Source of the DNA: an uncultured Lachnospiraceae bacterium
GTDB lineage: Bacteria > Bacillota > Clostridia > Lachnospirales > Lachnospiraceae
Assembly: GCA_905235845.1 (NCBI GenBank)
Contig: CAJONG010000003.1
Location: 1-61,658 of the forward strand
Direction of reading: 5' to 3'
Length of the DNA: 61,658 nucleotides
Of the stretch, positions 48,360 to 57,325 are shown in pieces (the first letter of the stretch is position 1; each line of letters opens with the position of its first letter). Position numbers and translations under genes: made by a program. The notes under the pieces were generated by a model. It did no database searches and was not told the DNA's origin. It saw nothing but the letters and a program-made list of their open reading frames with translations.

Positions 48360-50866
48360 TATGCTAAAAGTGATAGTATGAAAGGCGTCTCAAAAAAATC
48401 AAATTTATTTGTATTATTCCAGCTCAATGGTGTATGATTTAGACATTTAATCCCAAGTGAGTTTCTTCTGTTTTCCTCAACATCAGGTCTAAAACGACTT
48501 TTATAAAAGTTGCTTTCTTTATATAAACGAGCTGCTTCTTCGTAATCTCCGCATGAATAATGTATAAAAGCCTGGTTTAAAAGGCTATTTGCATAAATCC
48601 ATCCGTCATGTTTCCGTTCACCACACATATACTCATTAGTAAATGAGTGAAGTATTCGTTCGGCCCCACTTTTATCTCCTAATGCAAATAATACTATTGA
48701 GCGATTAATCTTAGCAGAAGCAGTCTCAAAGGCTCCACTAAAAGGTTGCCTAAGCGCTTCCAAGAGAAGTATATTTGCACTCTCATAGTCTTCAGCAACA
48801 ATGGCGCAACATGCTAAATTGTTTAGTGGTCGAAGTATTTCATATCCCGATTTTTTAATATAATACTTTGCTGTAGTAAAATAATTTCTTGCCAAATCAA
48901 TATCACCATTATAGAATGCAGCTAGTCCCCTATTATTATTACATGTCCCCAAAAGCATATCCCTGTCACTTCCTTCCGAAGTATTTGTTGCAAGTTCTAT
49001 TGCTTTGTCATAATCTTCGACCAGTTCAGCATGAAAAGAAGTGAGGCCTTTGTCCCGATAAAATCGACAAAGAATCGGTAAAGGGTATTCGTATTTATCA
49101 ACCAGCTGCTTCGCCTTATTAAAGCAGTTATTAATCATTTCCGGTTTCCCCTGATGCTCATAAAGTGTCATTCCAATTATCTCAATCTCGAGTTTTTTTG
49201 TGATGTTAATGTTAGCTAATGCTTTGACCTTATTATACATTTCATTTGCGGAATTCTTGCCACTGAATATGCCAAGGTCTATAAGTACCTTTGTATAAAT
49301 ACTAATAAGTTCATACTTCGAATTATCAGTCAAATCATCTTCAAATCTCATTAGAAGTTGTGCCAGACGTGCTGCATCATCCAGCATTGCTCCTTGATAC
49401 ATATGTTTAAGAAATATATTTATACCATAATCTTCTATGTCTGTTTCTTCTAGAACCAATATGCATTTTTCAAAACATAATGAAGCGGCTCTAATAACAC
49501 TAAGGTTGTTTTTTGTATCTTTCTGAAGTTCCTTATAGTATTGGAAACCTTCGTTAAATGCAGACTCCGAGTATAGTCTTAGTATTTCACATGCATAATC
49601 CGACTCATCGTTTCTTGCCTTACTTAAACTGGCTGCAACATTTTTTGCTACCTCAAAGAAATCCCCATTTGTTCTTATATAATCCATGAGTATTTCTCTT
49701 GAAGAGTCATGGCAAAACCAAACTACATTTTCACGAGTAATGAGTTCAAACTTCTCTAACTCATCTATTGCTTTTACGTATTTATCGTCCGCATATTTTC
49801 TACAATGGACACCTTCGACTATATCCTTAACACACAATCCCAATATCTCATATGAAATCGGCATCCCATATACTGCAATAACAGAGAGGATTATTGCGTT
49901 ATAAATGTTTATATTAAATATGCTAATGTTTCGTTCGACTGTAAAAGGATAACCAGGTTTTCCTAATCCAGTATTCTTTTTATAATCACTAATCATCTTC
50001 TCAATCTCTTCATCAGAAGATTTAAATAAATTGTTAATTTCCAATGGGTTACCTTCTGTGATTTTATGTAATAAGAGATTATTATTTTGAATCAGAAGCC
50101 GGTTATGTTTTTCAACAATATCCGTAAATAGATCAGAATCAAAGTTATGAAGAGTGATGCTTAATAAGTTTCTATCATCATATGAATCGCATAAGATATT
50201 CTCTAATTCAGAATAACGCTTGTTAAAAGGTTCTTCCAAGTCGACAGTTCTTCGACTTGTTACAATAATAGAAATAAAACAGTTATCATCTCTGAGCAAG
50301 ACACTTTTTAGGACTTCAAAAGAATAACTGTCCATCCATGAGATGTCATCAATACAAAGAATAATGTTTTGTCCAGAAAGCAAACGACTTATCATATTAG
50401 AAAAGCATATAACCAACTGCTTTTTAATCATAATATCACTTACCGTTGCTTTAGATTCAACAATGCCTTTCAAACTATATTCAAGTATATCTTGCAACGA
50501 TGACAAGCCTGGGATTTGGGGAATCAGCTTTGCGACAGATTCTCTGACAGAAACTGGCGAAATACCGTCCAACGAATCTATAAGACATTTATCAAATGCT
50601 CTTTCTTTTTGGTTTTGCAATGATGCTAAGACATCGGCCGCGAAAGCAAATTCCTTATCAAATTCTTCTTCATTGCATTTATATACATAATCCAATGAAG
50701 CAAATTTGAAAGCATCACCTCTGTGTTTTTTTATGCAGTTACGCATTAAATTAGTCTTCCCAACACCTCGCTTACCTTCAATAATTATGGCAACACGCTT
50801 GCCCTGAGCTATTTTTTTTAATTGAGCATTTATTTGTTTTTGCTCTTCTTTTCGGTCATAAAACAT
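48347..50866 (-). CDS. STAND-like P-loop ATPase with C-terminal TPR repeats
   Basis: FYDRKEE, Walker A GKRGVGKT, Walker B LCIDDISWMD, TEGNPL (GxP), TPR-like NNRGLAAFYNGDIDLARNYF, LNNLA, LLNQAFIHYSCGDYEEAARLY. Confidence 0.8.
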   Translation of the reverse strand: MFYDRKEEQKQINAQLKKIAQGKRVAIIIEGKRGVGKTNLMRNCIKKHRGDAFKFASLDYVYKCNEEEFDKEFAFAADVLASLQNQKERAFDKCLIDSLDGISPVSVRESVAKLIPQIPGLSSLQDILEYSLKGIVESKATVSDIMIKKQLVICFSNMISRLLSGQNIILCIDDISWMDSYSFEVLKSVLLRDDNCFISIIVTSRRTVDLEEPFNKRYSELENILCDSYDDRNLLSITLHNFDSDLFTDIVEKHNRLLIQNNNLLLHKITEGNPLEINNLFKSSDEEIEKMISDYKKNTGLGKPGYPFTVERNISIFNINIYNAIILSVIAVYGMPISYEILGLCVKDIVEGVHCRKYADDKYVKAIDELEKFELITRENVVWFCHDSSREILMDYIRTNGDFFEVAKNVAASLSKARNDESDYACEILRLYSESAFNEGFQYYKELQKDTKNNLSVIRAASLCFEKCILVLEETDIEDYGINIFLKHMYQGAMLDDAARLAQLLMRFEDDLTDNSKYELISIYTKVLIDLGIFSGKNSANEMYNKVKALANINITKKLEIEIIGMTLYEHQGKPEMINNCFNKAKQLVDKYEYPLPILCRFYRDKGLTSFHAELVEDYDKAIELATNTSEGSDRDMLLGTCNNNRGLAAFYNGDIDLARNYFTTAKYYIKKSGYEILRPLNNLACCAIVAEDYESANILLLEALRQPFSGAFETASAKINRSIVLFALGDKSGAERILHSFTNEYMCGERKHDGWIYANSLLNQAFIHYSCGDYEEAARLYKESNFYKSRFRPDVEENRRNSLGIKCLNHTPLSWNNTNKFDFFETPFILSLLAYYII

Positions 50867-51058
50867 TTGTCATTCCTTTTCAATCGATAATCTACAATTA
50901 TCATTGTTCCTTTTATCCTTTTGCAAATATAATCTTCTACTAAACTATATACCTCTGATGCAGTTTTAACCTGCTCCTTAGTATCATCAACTGATATTAT
51001 ATAAAAGTCATTATAATCGCTTTCACATCGTATCTCCTGCACACGGCTTATTCTGCAT
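50830..51058 (-). pseudogene. internally deleted HEPN (UPF0332-like) toxin remnant
   Basis: QEIRCESDYNDFYIISVDDTKEQVKTA matches the RxxxDY C-terminal half of MNT-associated HEPN proteins; an out-of-frame ATG overlaps the MNT 3' end. Confidence 0.7.
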
Positions 51059-51401
51059 ACAACTCTACCCCTTCATTGGCAATGTTATTAAAAAATGAAT
51101 ATGCATTTATCCACTTTATAAAAAAATCTTCATTCTGAACTATCGGCATAATCTTTACATCATTCTCATAATTAATGTCAAATGTATAGTCAGACAACAT
51201 ATGTCCCTTAAGCTTAATCTCATCTTCATCAACATCTACAAGTATCATTATGTCAATATCCGATTCACTACTGTAATCACCTCTTGCATAAGATCCATAC
51301 AGTAATACCTTCTTAAGACTACCGGAATATATCTTTTTCACGACAGCAACATATTCTTGCAACAGAATTCTCACTCTATTTGGCATGATATCTCCTATCA
51401 T
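51048..51401 (-). CDS. minimal nucleotidyltransferase (MNT) antitoxin-like protein
   Basis: LYGSYARGDYSSESDIDIMILVD, NIANEGVELY. Confidence 0.9.
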   Translation of the reverse strand: MIGDIMPNRVRILLQEYVAVVKKIYSGSLKKVLLYGSYARGDYSSESDIDIMILVDVDEDEIKLKGHMLSDYTFDINYENDVKIMPIVQNEDFFIKWINAYSFFNNIANEGVELYAE

Positions 51402-51477
51402 TCATACTATATCATCCATATAGCATACTCTTCTGTCATCAATTGTATTTTCTCATATTTTATTGATGTATGCAACG

Positions 51478-52674
51478 CTACTTCTTATTCTTTGCATTCC
51501 TAGATAACAATCGTATCCCATAATGCTTTTCTACCGAAAAGTCTTCATATAGTCTGTTAAATCGTCTGATCCTCTGTCTTGACAGTTTAACAGGCGACTC
51601 GTCAATGATATTTATCCCTTTCAGCGCCTTCCTAGCTTCCTCATCAGATGAATAATATGCCTCAGTGTCCAGAACTGTATGATATGCCTCCGAAGAGAAT
51701 GTAGTCATATTCTTTATTGTCTCGATTATATCATCAAATTCATCAAGGCCTTCCTGCGGATATATCTTTCTGCCATAGTCCATCTTTTCATATATTCTTT
51801 TTGACAAACCTTCGTCATGTCTGAAATGCAGTTTTTCAAATATAATATCATCCTGCAGTGGGGATGCTTCTTTCATATGAATAGCATAGGCATGCTGGCT
51901 GTGACATCTCATAAAGGGTTGATACCCAATCGGCAGAATCTGATTTTTAGCATCCAATGCCTCTCCAAAAGCCATTCGTGTTTCAACCTGCCATCCCGGC
52001 ACATGAAATATCACTCCATATTTTGTCTTATCATCTTTTTCTGTATCTCCCTTTGTCAGAGGAACCCATTTTTTCTTTTGCCGGTCCCATTTACATGTGG
52101 CAAAAAACAACGCTACATCAAAATCACTCGTTATATCCAGCCATTCTGTCTCCAACCCATAATGCTGTGCCAGCGGTTCAAATAGTACTGTACCGTAATT
52201 ATTCATCCATAACCGTGTGATCTCAAACCGGCATAAGAAAAGCCTGAATTCCTCAATTCTCATCCTGTTTATAAAACGATATGCTGTCTGTTTGTCTTCA
52301 TCCATGCCCTGCAGCTGTCTTAGCAGGGATGGTACACTTCTTGTATATATCTGCTTCTCACCACGAAAATAGCTGTTTCTTCTTCCTTGTGAAATGATGG
52401 TTCCATGCGGATATTGCAGCACAAAACCATCAGTCTTCATATCTCTGTATAAGAATTCCTTAAAAAATGCCATGGTGAAATCCGGGATCTTCTCATTACC
52501 GGGATTCCCATCATTCTGATAATATGTTTCCCCTCTGTATGAGCTCTCTGTCACGTGCCTGCATTCAAGCTTATCCTGCTCGTTCTGACGCATTATATAC
52601 TCAAGATCGCTTACAGAAATCTCATACGGCTCATTCGAAAGCTTCTTTCTCTCTTTTCCGGTGATATAATCCAC
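51478..52674 (-). CDS. FRG domain-containing protein
   Basis: YFRGE, LAQHYGLETEWLDITSDFDVALFFA, RCHSQ. Confidence 0.9.
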   Translation of the reverse strand: MDYITGKERKKLSNEPYEISVSDLEYIMRQNEQDKLECRHVTESSYRGETYYQNDGNPGNEKIPDFTMAFFKEFLYRDMKTDGFVLQYPHGTIISQGRRNSYFRGEKQIYTRSVPSLLRQLQGMDEDKQTAYRFINRMRIEEFRLFLCRFEITRLWMNNYGTVLFEPLAQHYGLETEWLDITSDFDVALFFATCKWDRQKKKWVPLTKGDTEKDDKTKYGVIFHVPGWQVETRMAFGEALDAKNQILPIGYQPFMRCHSQHAYAIHMKEASPLQDDIIFEKLHFRHDEGLSKRIYEKMDYGRKIYPQEGLDEFDDIIETIKNMTTFSSEAYHTVLDTEAYYSSDEEARKALKGINIIDESPVKLSRQRIRRFNRLYEDFSVEKHYGIRLLSRNAKNKK

Positions 52675-52713
52675 AGTAGCACCTCGCTAACAGGAATTAA
52701 CACAAATTATGCT

Positions 52714-52806
52714 TTACGGTTTTACCGGTGCAATCTCTTCATACACCCTCAGCGCGGCCTTCACATTATCTTCATCTGTGAATCTGTCTGCGACCCACTC
52801 ATATCT
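52714..52806 (-). pseudogene. glycosyltransferase (GT4-like) C-terminal tail remnant 1
   Basis: Manual translation RYEWVADRFTDEDNVKAALRVYEEIAPVKP*; homologous to the remnant at 56236..56308. Confidence 0.55.
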
Positions 52807-52815
52807 TCATAGAAT

Positions 52816-54453
52816 TCACCGAGATGACATAGAAATATCTTCCACGCGATAACTCTCTATATTCCTTATATTATCGTCATATGAGAAATTCATACCGATC
52901 CAAATGATCTTCTTGCACAACTCCTTATCTATCTCGAATTTCTCAGCATATTTCTTCGCTTCTATTTGTTCAATGGCTTTTTCAGCACTCTTATCCAGCT
53001 TACATTCAATCACATATATGTACTCTCCGGATCTGAGAACCGCATCTATACGACCGATATTAGTCCTATCTTCTGCTACAACATCCATTCCGCACATCTT
53101 GAAAGTCAAAAACAGTAGCGACTGATAATACTTCTCATATTTTAGATGCAGATCATACGGCACAGATGCAAACATGCTCTTAAGTACGGACATCATCCTG
53201 TCCACATCACCGACACCAGCCGCCTGCTGGACCAATGTGACCATGCTGTTTATCTCCTGCACACCCTGTCCTGCATATATAGATGTCAATTCCATCTCAA
53301 ACGATTGCCGAACCTCATAATTCGGATATACAAGCTTATATGCCGGATTGATCGTTCCCTGTATCCTGTCGCCAAATGTCAGGTATCCCGTCTGAAACAA
53401 TAACTGAACCAACATCTGTGTATTAAGCTCATCCCCCGCTAGCGACATCAAATCGAATGAATTGTATGACACATCCGTAAAAACGGCATTCTCAATATCC
53501 TCAATGGTCAACTTCTGCTTCTTGGCCTGGTTAACAAGCATTACAGGAGTTGCCGTAGCATACCAGTAATTACCGAACTCACAGCCATTATTGAAGAATT
53601 GTCCGATAGATACAGGATTATAAACGCTCTTGCCGTTCGGAGCAAACCTAAAACCGTCATACCATTTGGTGAGACTTGCCTTAAGTTCATTCTCGGTGCA
53701 GTTAAGCTTCGAGGCGCCTTCACGAATATAATCGTCGAAATATCGATCCAACTCCTCATCGGTATATCCGACCATAGACGAATACTCTGTCCTTCTGCTG
53801 ATATCCTCCAGATTATTAAGCTTACTGAATATAGAAACCTGGCTGAGTCGTGTGATCCCAGTGAGGAATACAAATCGAAGCATACTCTCATATCCCTTGA
53901 TCATCTGATAGAAAGCTTCCATCATGATCCGAATCTCATCAACTCTTCGCCCGTCCTCTATATTGTTCGTGACCGGTCTGTCATATTCATCGATAAGTAT
54001 CACAACGCCCTTAGACTCCTTATTATAGAGCGCCTTGATCAACTCTCCGAACATGAGCGCCGGACTGTCACCGGAGATTTCAACACCATTACTCTTAGCT
54101 ATACCGGCAAGTTCTTTGCCTATCCACTTCTCCAGATTCTCCTTACTTGTGCTGTCACTCCTGCCAAAATCAATATGAATGATTGGATACTTTGCCCATT
54201 CATAGTCAGACTCATATATCCACAGTCCCTCAAACAGATTCTTCTGCCCTGCAAAGACAGCCTCAAGCGTGCTGACCGTAAGGCTCTTACCGAATCGCCT
54301 GGGTCTTGAATAGAAATACTGACCAAACGGGGCCTTTACCATACGGTATATATATTCCGTCTTGTCAACATACAAACAGTTCGACTCTATTAACTTACTA
54401 AATGTTGAAATTGAGGTACTTATTGATCTCATATACAAAACCTCATTCATCAC
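52816..54453 (-). CDS. AAA-ATPase-like + PD-(D/E)XK nuclease protein (PF09820/PF08011 type)
   Basis: YVDKT, SRPRRFGKSL, LIDEYD, FLTGI, YNPVS, LFQTGYL, YPNYEV, GRIDAV...IECK. Confidence 0.9.
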   Translation of the reverse strand: MMNEVLYMRSISTSISTFSKLIESNCLYVDKTEYIYRMVKAPFGQYFYSRPRRFGKSLTVSTLEAVFAGQKNLFEGLWIYESDYEWAKYPIIHIDFGRSDSTSKENLEKWIGKELAGIAKSNGVEISGDSPALMFGELIKALYNKESKGVVILIDEYDRPVTNNIEDGRRVDEIRIMMEAFYQMIKGYESMLRFVFLTGITRLSQVSIFSKLNNLEDISRRTEYSSMVGYTDEELDRYFDDYIREGASKLNCTENELKASLTKWYDGFRFAPNGKSVYNPVSIGQFFNNGCEFGNYWYATATPVMLVNQAKKQKLTIEDIENAVFTDVSYNSFDLMSLAGDELNTQMLVQLLFQTGYLTFGDRIQGTINPAYKLVYPNYEVRQSFEMELTSIYAGQGVQEINSMVTLVQQAAGVGDVDRMMSVLKSMFASVPYDLHLKYEKYYQSLLFLTFKMCGMDVVAEDRTNIGRIDAVLRSGEYIYVIECKLDKSAEKAIEQIEAKKYAEKFEIDKELCKKIIWIGMNFSYDDNIRNIESYRVEDISMSSR

Positions 54454-54514
54454 ATTATAAAATTCTCAATTCAATATTGTTCCTTTTTTGCAAGTATTAA
54501 AAATAATACACAAA

Positions 54515-55207
54515 CTATTCTATCACTAATGAGTCTCCTTCAATATACCATGTGGGTTTGTAATCATCTGTGATATCCCTACATAATATGGCTTCTATTT
54601 CATCTATAAATCTCTCCGTAACAATCTCAATCAACTCTGAAATTTTAATAATCTCTTCATCGTGTATATAGTATTCTATACCATTACTCTCAAAATTTAC
54701 ATCCATCTGATGCACTATTTTATTTCGCGTATCGAACGCCATTCGAAGGTTTTCATTTTCATTTCTCTTAACTAATGAATTCGAAGGAATATCAAAATAA
54801 CTACCAACCTTAAGCAACTGTTCTGTACTCTGCAAACTTCCAACTGCCAACTCACTTTTCAGTTTCTCTATCAACACTTTCCTGGAATTCCTTGCCGTGA
54901 ATAATTCTGCAAGTAGACCACAATCCTTTTCTTGCTCTTTTTTTATTGCTCTTTGGGCAAATTTTCTAAGTTGTTCCTGCGCACCCACATCTCTTTCTAT
55001 TACAGGCTCAAGCGTATCAATAATTAATTGTTTTACAACTGCATCAATTCCTGAACATACAAAAAGAATAATAGCTCTATAGATACTTTGTTCTATTCTT
55101 TCATCATTAACATCCTGTAGCAAATCCCGTAATGATGTAACATTTTCCTTTAGTGTATCTAGAATCATTCGACTCTTTTTTGTCTTATTCTCAACTGTAT
55201 CTTCCAT
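54515..55207 (-). CDS. HEPN-domain protein (putative RNase)
   Basis: All-helical; YRAIILFVCSGIDA helix, SLQS, and RNKIVH (RxxxxH). Confidence 0.7.
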   Translation of the reverse strand: MEDTVENKTKKSRMILDTLKENVTSLRDLLQDVNDERIEQSIYRAIILFVCSGIDAVVKQLIIDTLEPVIERDVGAQEQLRKFAQRAIKKEQEKDCGLLAELFTARNSRKVLIEKLKSELAVGSLQSTEQLLKVGSYFDIPSNSLVKRNENENLRMAFDTRNKIVHQMDVNFESNGIEYYIHDEEIIKISELIEIVTERFIDEIEAILCRDITDDYKPTWYIEGDSLVIE

Positions 55208-55548
55208 TACTTTAGCCTCTTCTCATCAACATCAACTGTACCTGGGATATATCCGCAATAACCCGCATAACCTGGGTAGCCTGGGTAACCTGGATAACCC
55301 GGATAGCCTGGATAGCCCGGATAGGGAACGGCATGCTGATTTAAATCAACCAACAGGCGATTATTGTTGAAGATTGTTCCTAAATAGTTTCCATCAACAT
55401 CTACAGCAATATTCCCAGAAGGAAACCATCCAATCCATTCACCATCTGTATTATACAAGTATTTGTCAACTTTAAAACTAATCCAATTGCCATTTGTATC
55501 AAATAGATACTGCGCTTGCTTCATTTTTTCCTGCCCTTTTGAAATCAT
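55207..55548 (-). CDS. 4-fold beta-flower-like protein with (PGY)6 tail
   Basis: Repeated hairpins YLFDTNGNWI/YLYNTDGEWIGW/VDVDGNYLG, then PGY repeats; TAATG coupling to the HEPN gene. Confidence 0.65.
   Translation of the reverse strand: MISKGQEKMKQAQYLFDTNGNWISFKVDKYLYNTDGEWIGWFPSGNIAVDVDGNYLGTIFNNNRLLVDLNQHAVPYPGYPGYPGYPGYPGYPGYAGYCGYIPGTVDVDEKRLK
55267..55320 (-). repeat. 9-bp tandem repeat encoding (PGY)x6
   Basis: Six CCR-GGY-TAY units with mixed synonymous codons, followed by AGY and CGY. Confidence 0.9.
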
Positions 55549-55602
55549 AAGTTCAATTAGATTATATTTGCTTGCTATATCAGTTTTGCATTAACCCTAT
55601 AT

Positions 55603-56220
55603 TTAGCGTTCTACACTTTCCTTATCCTCATCCATCCGAACACCTATATCTAATATTGCTCGCTTTACTCCCTCTATCTCTTTCTTTACATTCTTTAATT
55701 CCTTAACCACAGGTTCATCACTTGTTGAAGAAAAAAATGTTGCATAATTCTCTAAATCAATATAAATATCACTCTCATAGCTTCTCACTTCATCTTGATA
55801 TATAAGTTTCCCTGTCACTGGTCTCATATTGGAATTTCCACGAAGCTCATTGCTTGCGATATATAAGTCATAATGTTGTCCAACACCAATGATACACTCT
55901 TTGTTTCCTTGGTTTCGCAATATACTCTTAAATCCATTTTCAGGTATACTATCTATGAAATCTGCATCCAATTCTATTTTCACATGCTGTGCCGTTAACT
56001 TTCCATGATTAACAAAGCGAACTATATACCAAGTGCGATGTTCGTAGCAAAACTCAGTTTCTATACGAGGGCGATTTTCCTCCGAATACTGTTTTTTCAT
56101 TTCAGCCAATTCCTCTTTTGAAGCTCTAGCTGATTTTATATTTGCCCAACATATAAAAATAGTAGCGATAACATATATAAAGGTAATTACAACCATTAAC
56201 CAATCTGTTATTGTCGGCAA
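55603..56220 (-). CDS. hypothetical protein with N-terminal TM helix
   Basis: TTG start behind a strong SD (GAAGGAGG); WLMVVITFIYVIATIFICW, then a coiled coil and a beta-rich domain. Confidence 0.7.
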   Translation of the reverse strand: MPTITDWLMVVITFIYVIATIFICWANIKSARASKEELAEMKKQYSEENRPRIETEFCYEHRTWYIVRFVNHGKLTAQHVKIELDADFIDSIPENGFKSILRNQGNKECIIGVGQHYDLYIASNELRGNSNMRPVTGKLIYQDEVRSYESDIYIDLENYATFFSSTSDEPVVKELKNVKKEIEGVKRAILDIGVRMDEDKESVER

Positions 56221-56235
56221 TAGAACACCCCTCCT

Positions 56236-56308
56236 TCACCTTATTCCCTTATAAACTTCTAATACGCCCTTCGCATTTTCTTCATTAGTGAATCTGCCTG
56301 CAGAACGC
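56236..56308 (-). pseudogene. glycosyltransferase (GT4-like) C-terminal tail remnant 2
   Basis: Manual translation ERSAGRFTNEENAKGVLEVYKGIR*, immediately after the neuB stop. Confidence 0.55.
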
Positions 56309-57325
56309 TCACAACCCCTCTATCTTCTCATCTACCCCATAATCCCTGTCTGCCACATTTCCAATGATCTCATTCCACCGCATCGGACTTATACCGTCTC
56401 CGGGACGCTTTGTAGTCAGGTTATCCTCCGTGAAAACATCCCCCGCTTTTATTTCCACAGCTGCCACGACGCTCTTACGCGCAACCGCAATATTCCCCTT
56501 CTCAGAATCTGTCACGTGCTTTATACCATCTCCCATAGCCGCCTCGATATGCCTGATCGCAGACACCATAGCCTTAAGTTCATCCGGCTCAAGACTCGCC
56601 TTGTGATCCGGCCCCGGCATATTCTTATTAAGCGTAAAATGCTTCTCTATCACAGTTGCTCCCATGGCAACTGCTGCAATGGGAACTTCTATTCCCCTTG
56701 TGTGATCGGAATACCCCACCGAACATCCAAATTCATCCCTAAGGGTTAGCATGGCTTTCAGATTGACATCTTCATATGGTGTCGGATACTGCGTATTACA
56801 GTGCAGTAGCGTAAGATTTCCACCCTTGGTCAGAGGAATGTCCGAAAACTGTTCAAGTACGTCAACCGCAGCCCTCACCTCATCCAACGTACTCATCCCC
56901 GTGGACAAGATTATTCTCCTCCCACTTCTTGCCGCTTCGCATAAATACGGGAAATTGGTTATTTCACCTGAGGGAATCTTGATCGTGTCCATACCTATAG
57001 ACAGCAGAAATCTCATACTCTCTATATCAAAAGGAGAAGACAGGAAATCTATTCCTCTCTCCTCACAATACTTTAGCAACACGATGTGATCATCTTCTGA
57101 CAGTTCAAGCTTACGCAACATACTCTGCTGCGACTCGGAAGCTCCCATATTCTGCTTCTGATAATCAGCCATCACTGCACTCGACGCAGCCAGCTTATCT
57201 GCCTTAAACATCTGGAATTTAACAGCATTCGCTCCTGCTTCAACCGCTGCATCCACGAGCATCTTGGCTGTATCTATATTGCCGTTATGATTAACTCCGG
57301 CTTCTGCAATTATATACACGCTCAT
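56309..57325 (-). CDS. neuB: N-acetylneuraminate/legionaminate synthase (NeuB/LegI)
   Basis: IIAEAGVNHNG, KIPSGEITN, LHCNTQYPTP, GYSDHT, EKHFTL, C-terminal SAF domain. Confidence 0.94.
   Translation of the reverse strand: MSVYIIAEAGVNHNGNIDTAKMLVDAAVEAGANAVKFQMFKADKLAASSAVMADYQKQNMGASESQQSMLRKLELSEDDHIVLLKYCEERGIDFLSSPFDIESMRFLLSIGMDTIKIPSGEITNFPYLCEAARSGRRIILSTGMSTLDEVRAAVDVLEQFSDIPLTKGGNLTLLHCNTQYPTPYEDVNLKAMLTLRDEFGCSVGYSDHTRGIEVPIAAVAMGATVIEKHFTLNKNMPGPDHKASLEPDELKAMVSAIRHIEAAMGDGIKHVTDSEKGNIAVARKSVVAAVEIKAGDVFTEDNLTTKRPGDGISPMRWNEIIGNVADRDYGVDEKIEGL

Noticed and set aside
46438-56220. Prophage, ICE or classical integron
   Set aside because: No structural, replication or conjugation genes. 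The recombinase lacks an evident IntI-specific insertion and no attC-like repeats were seen between genes.
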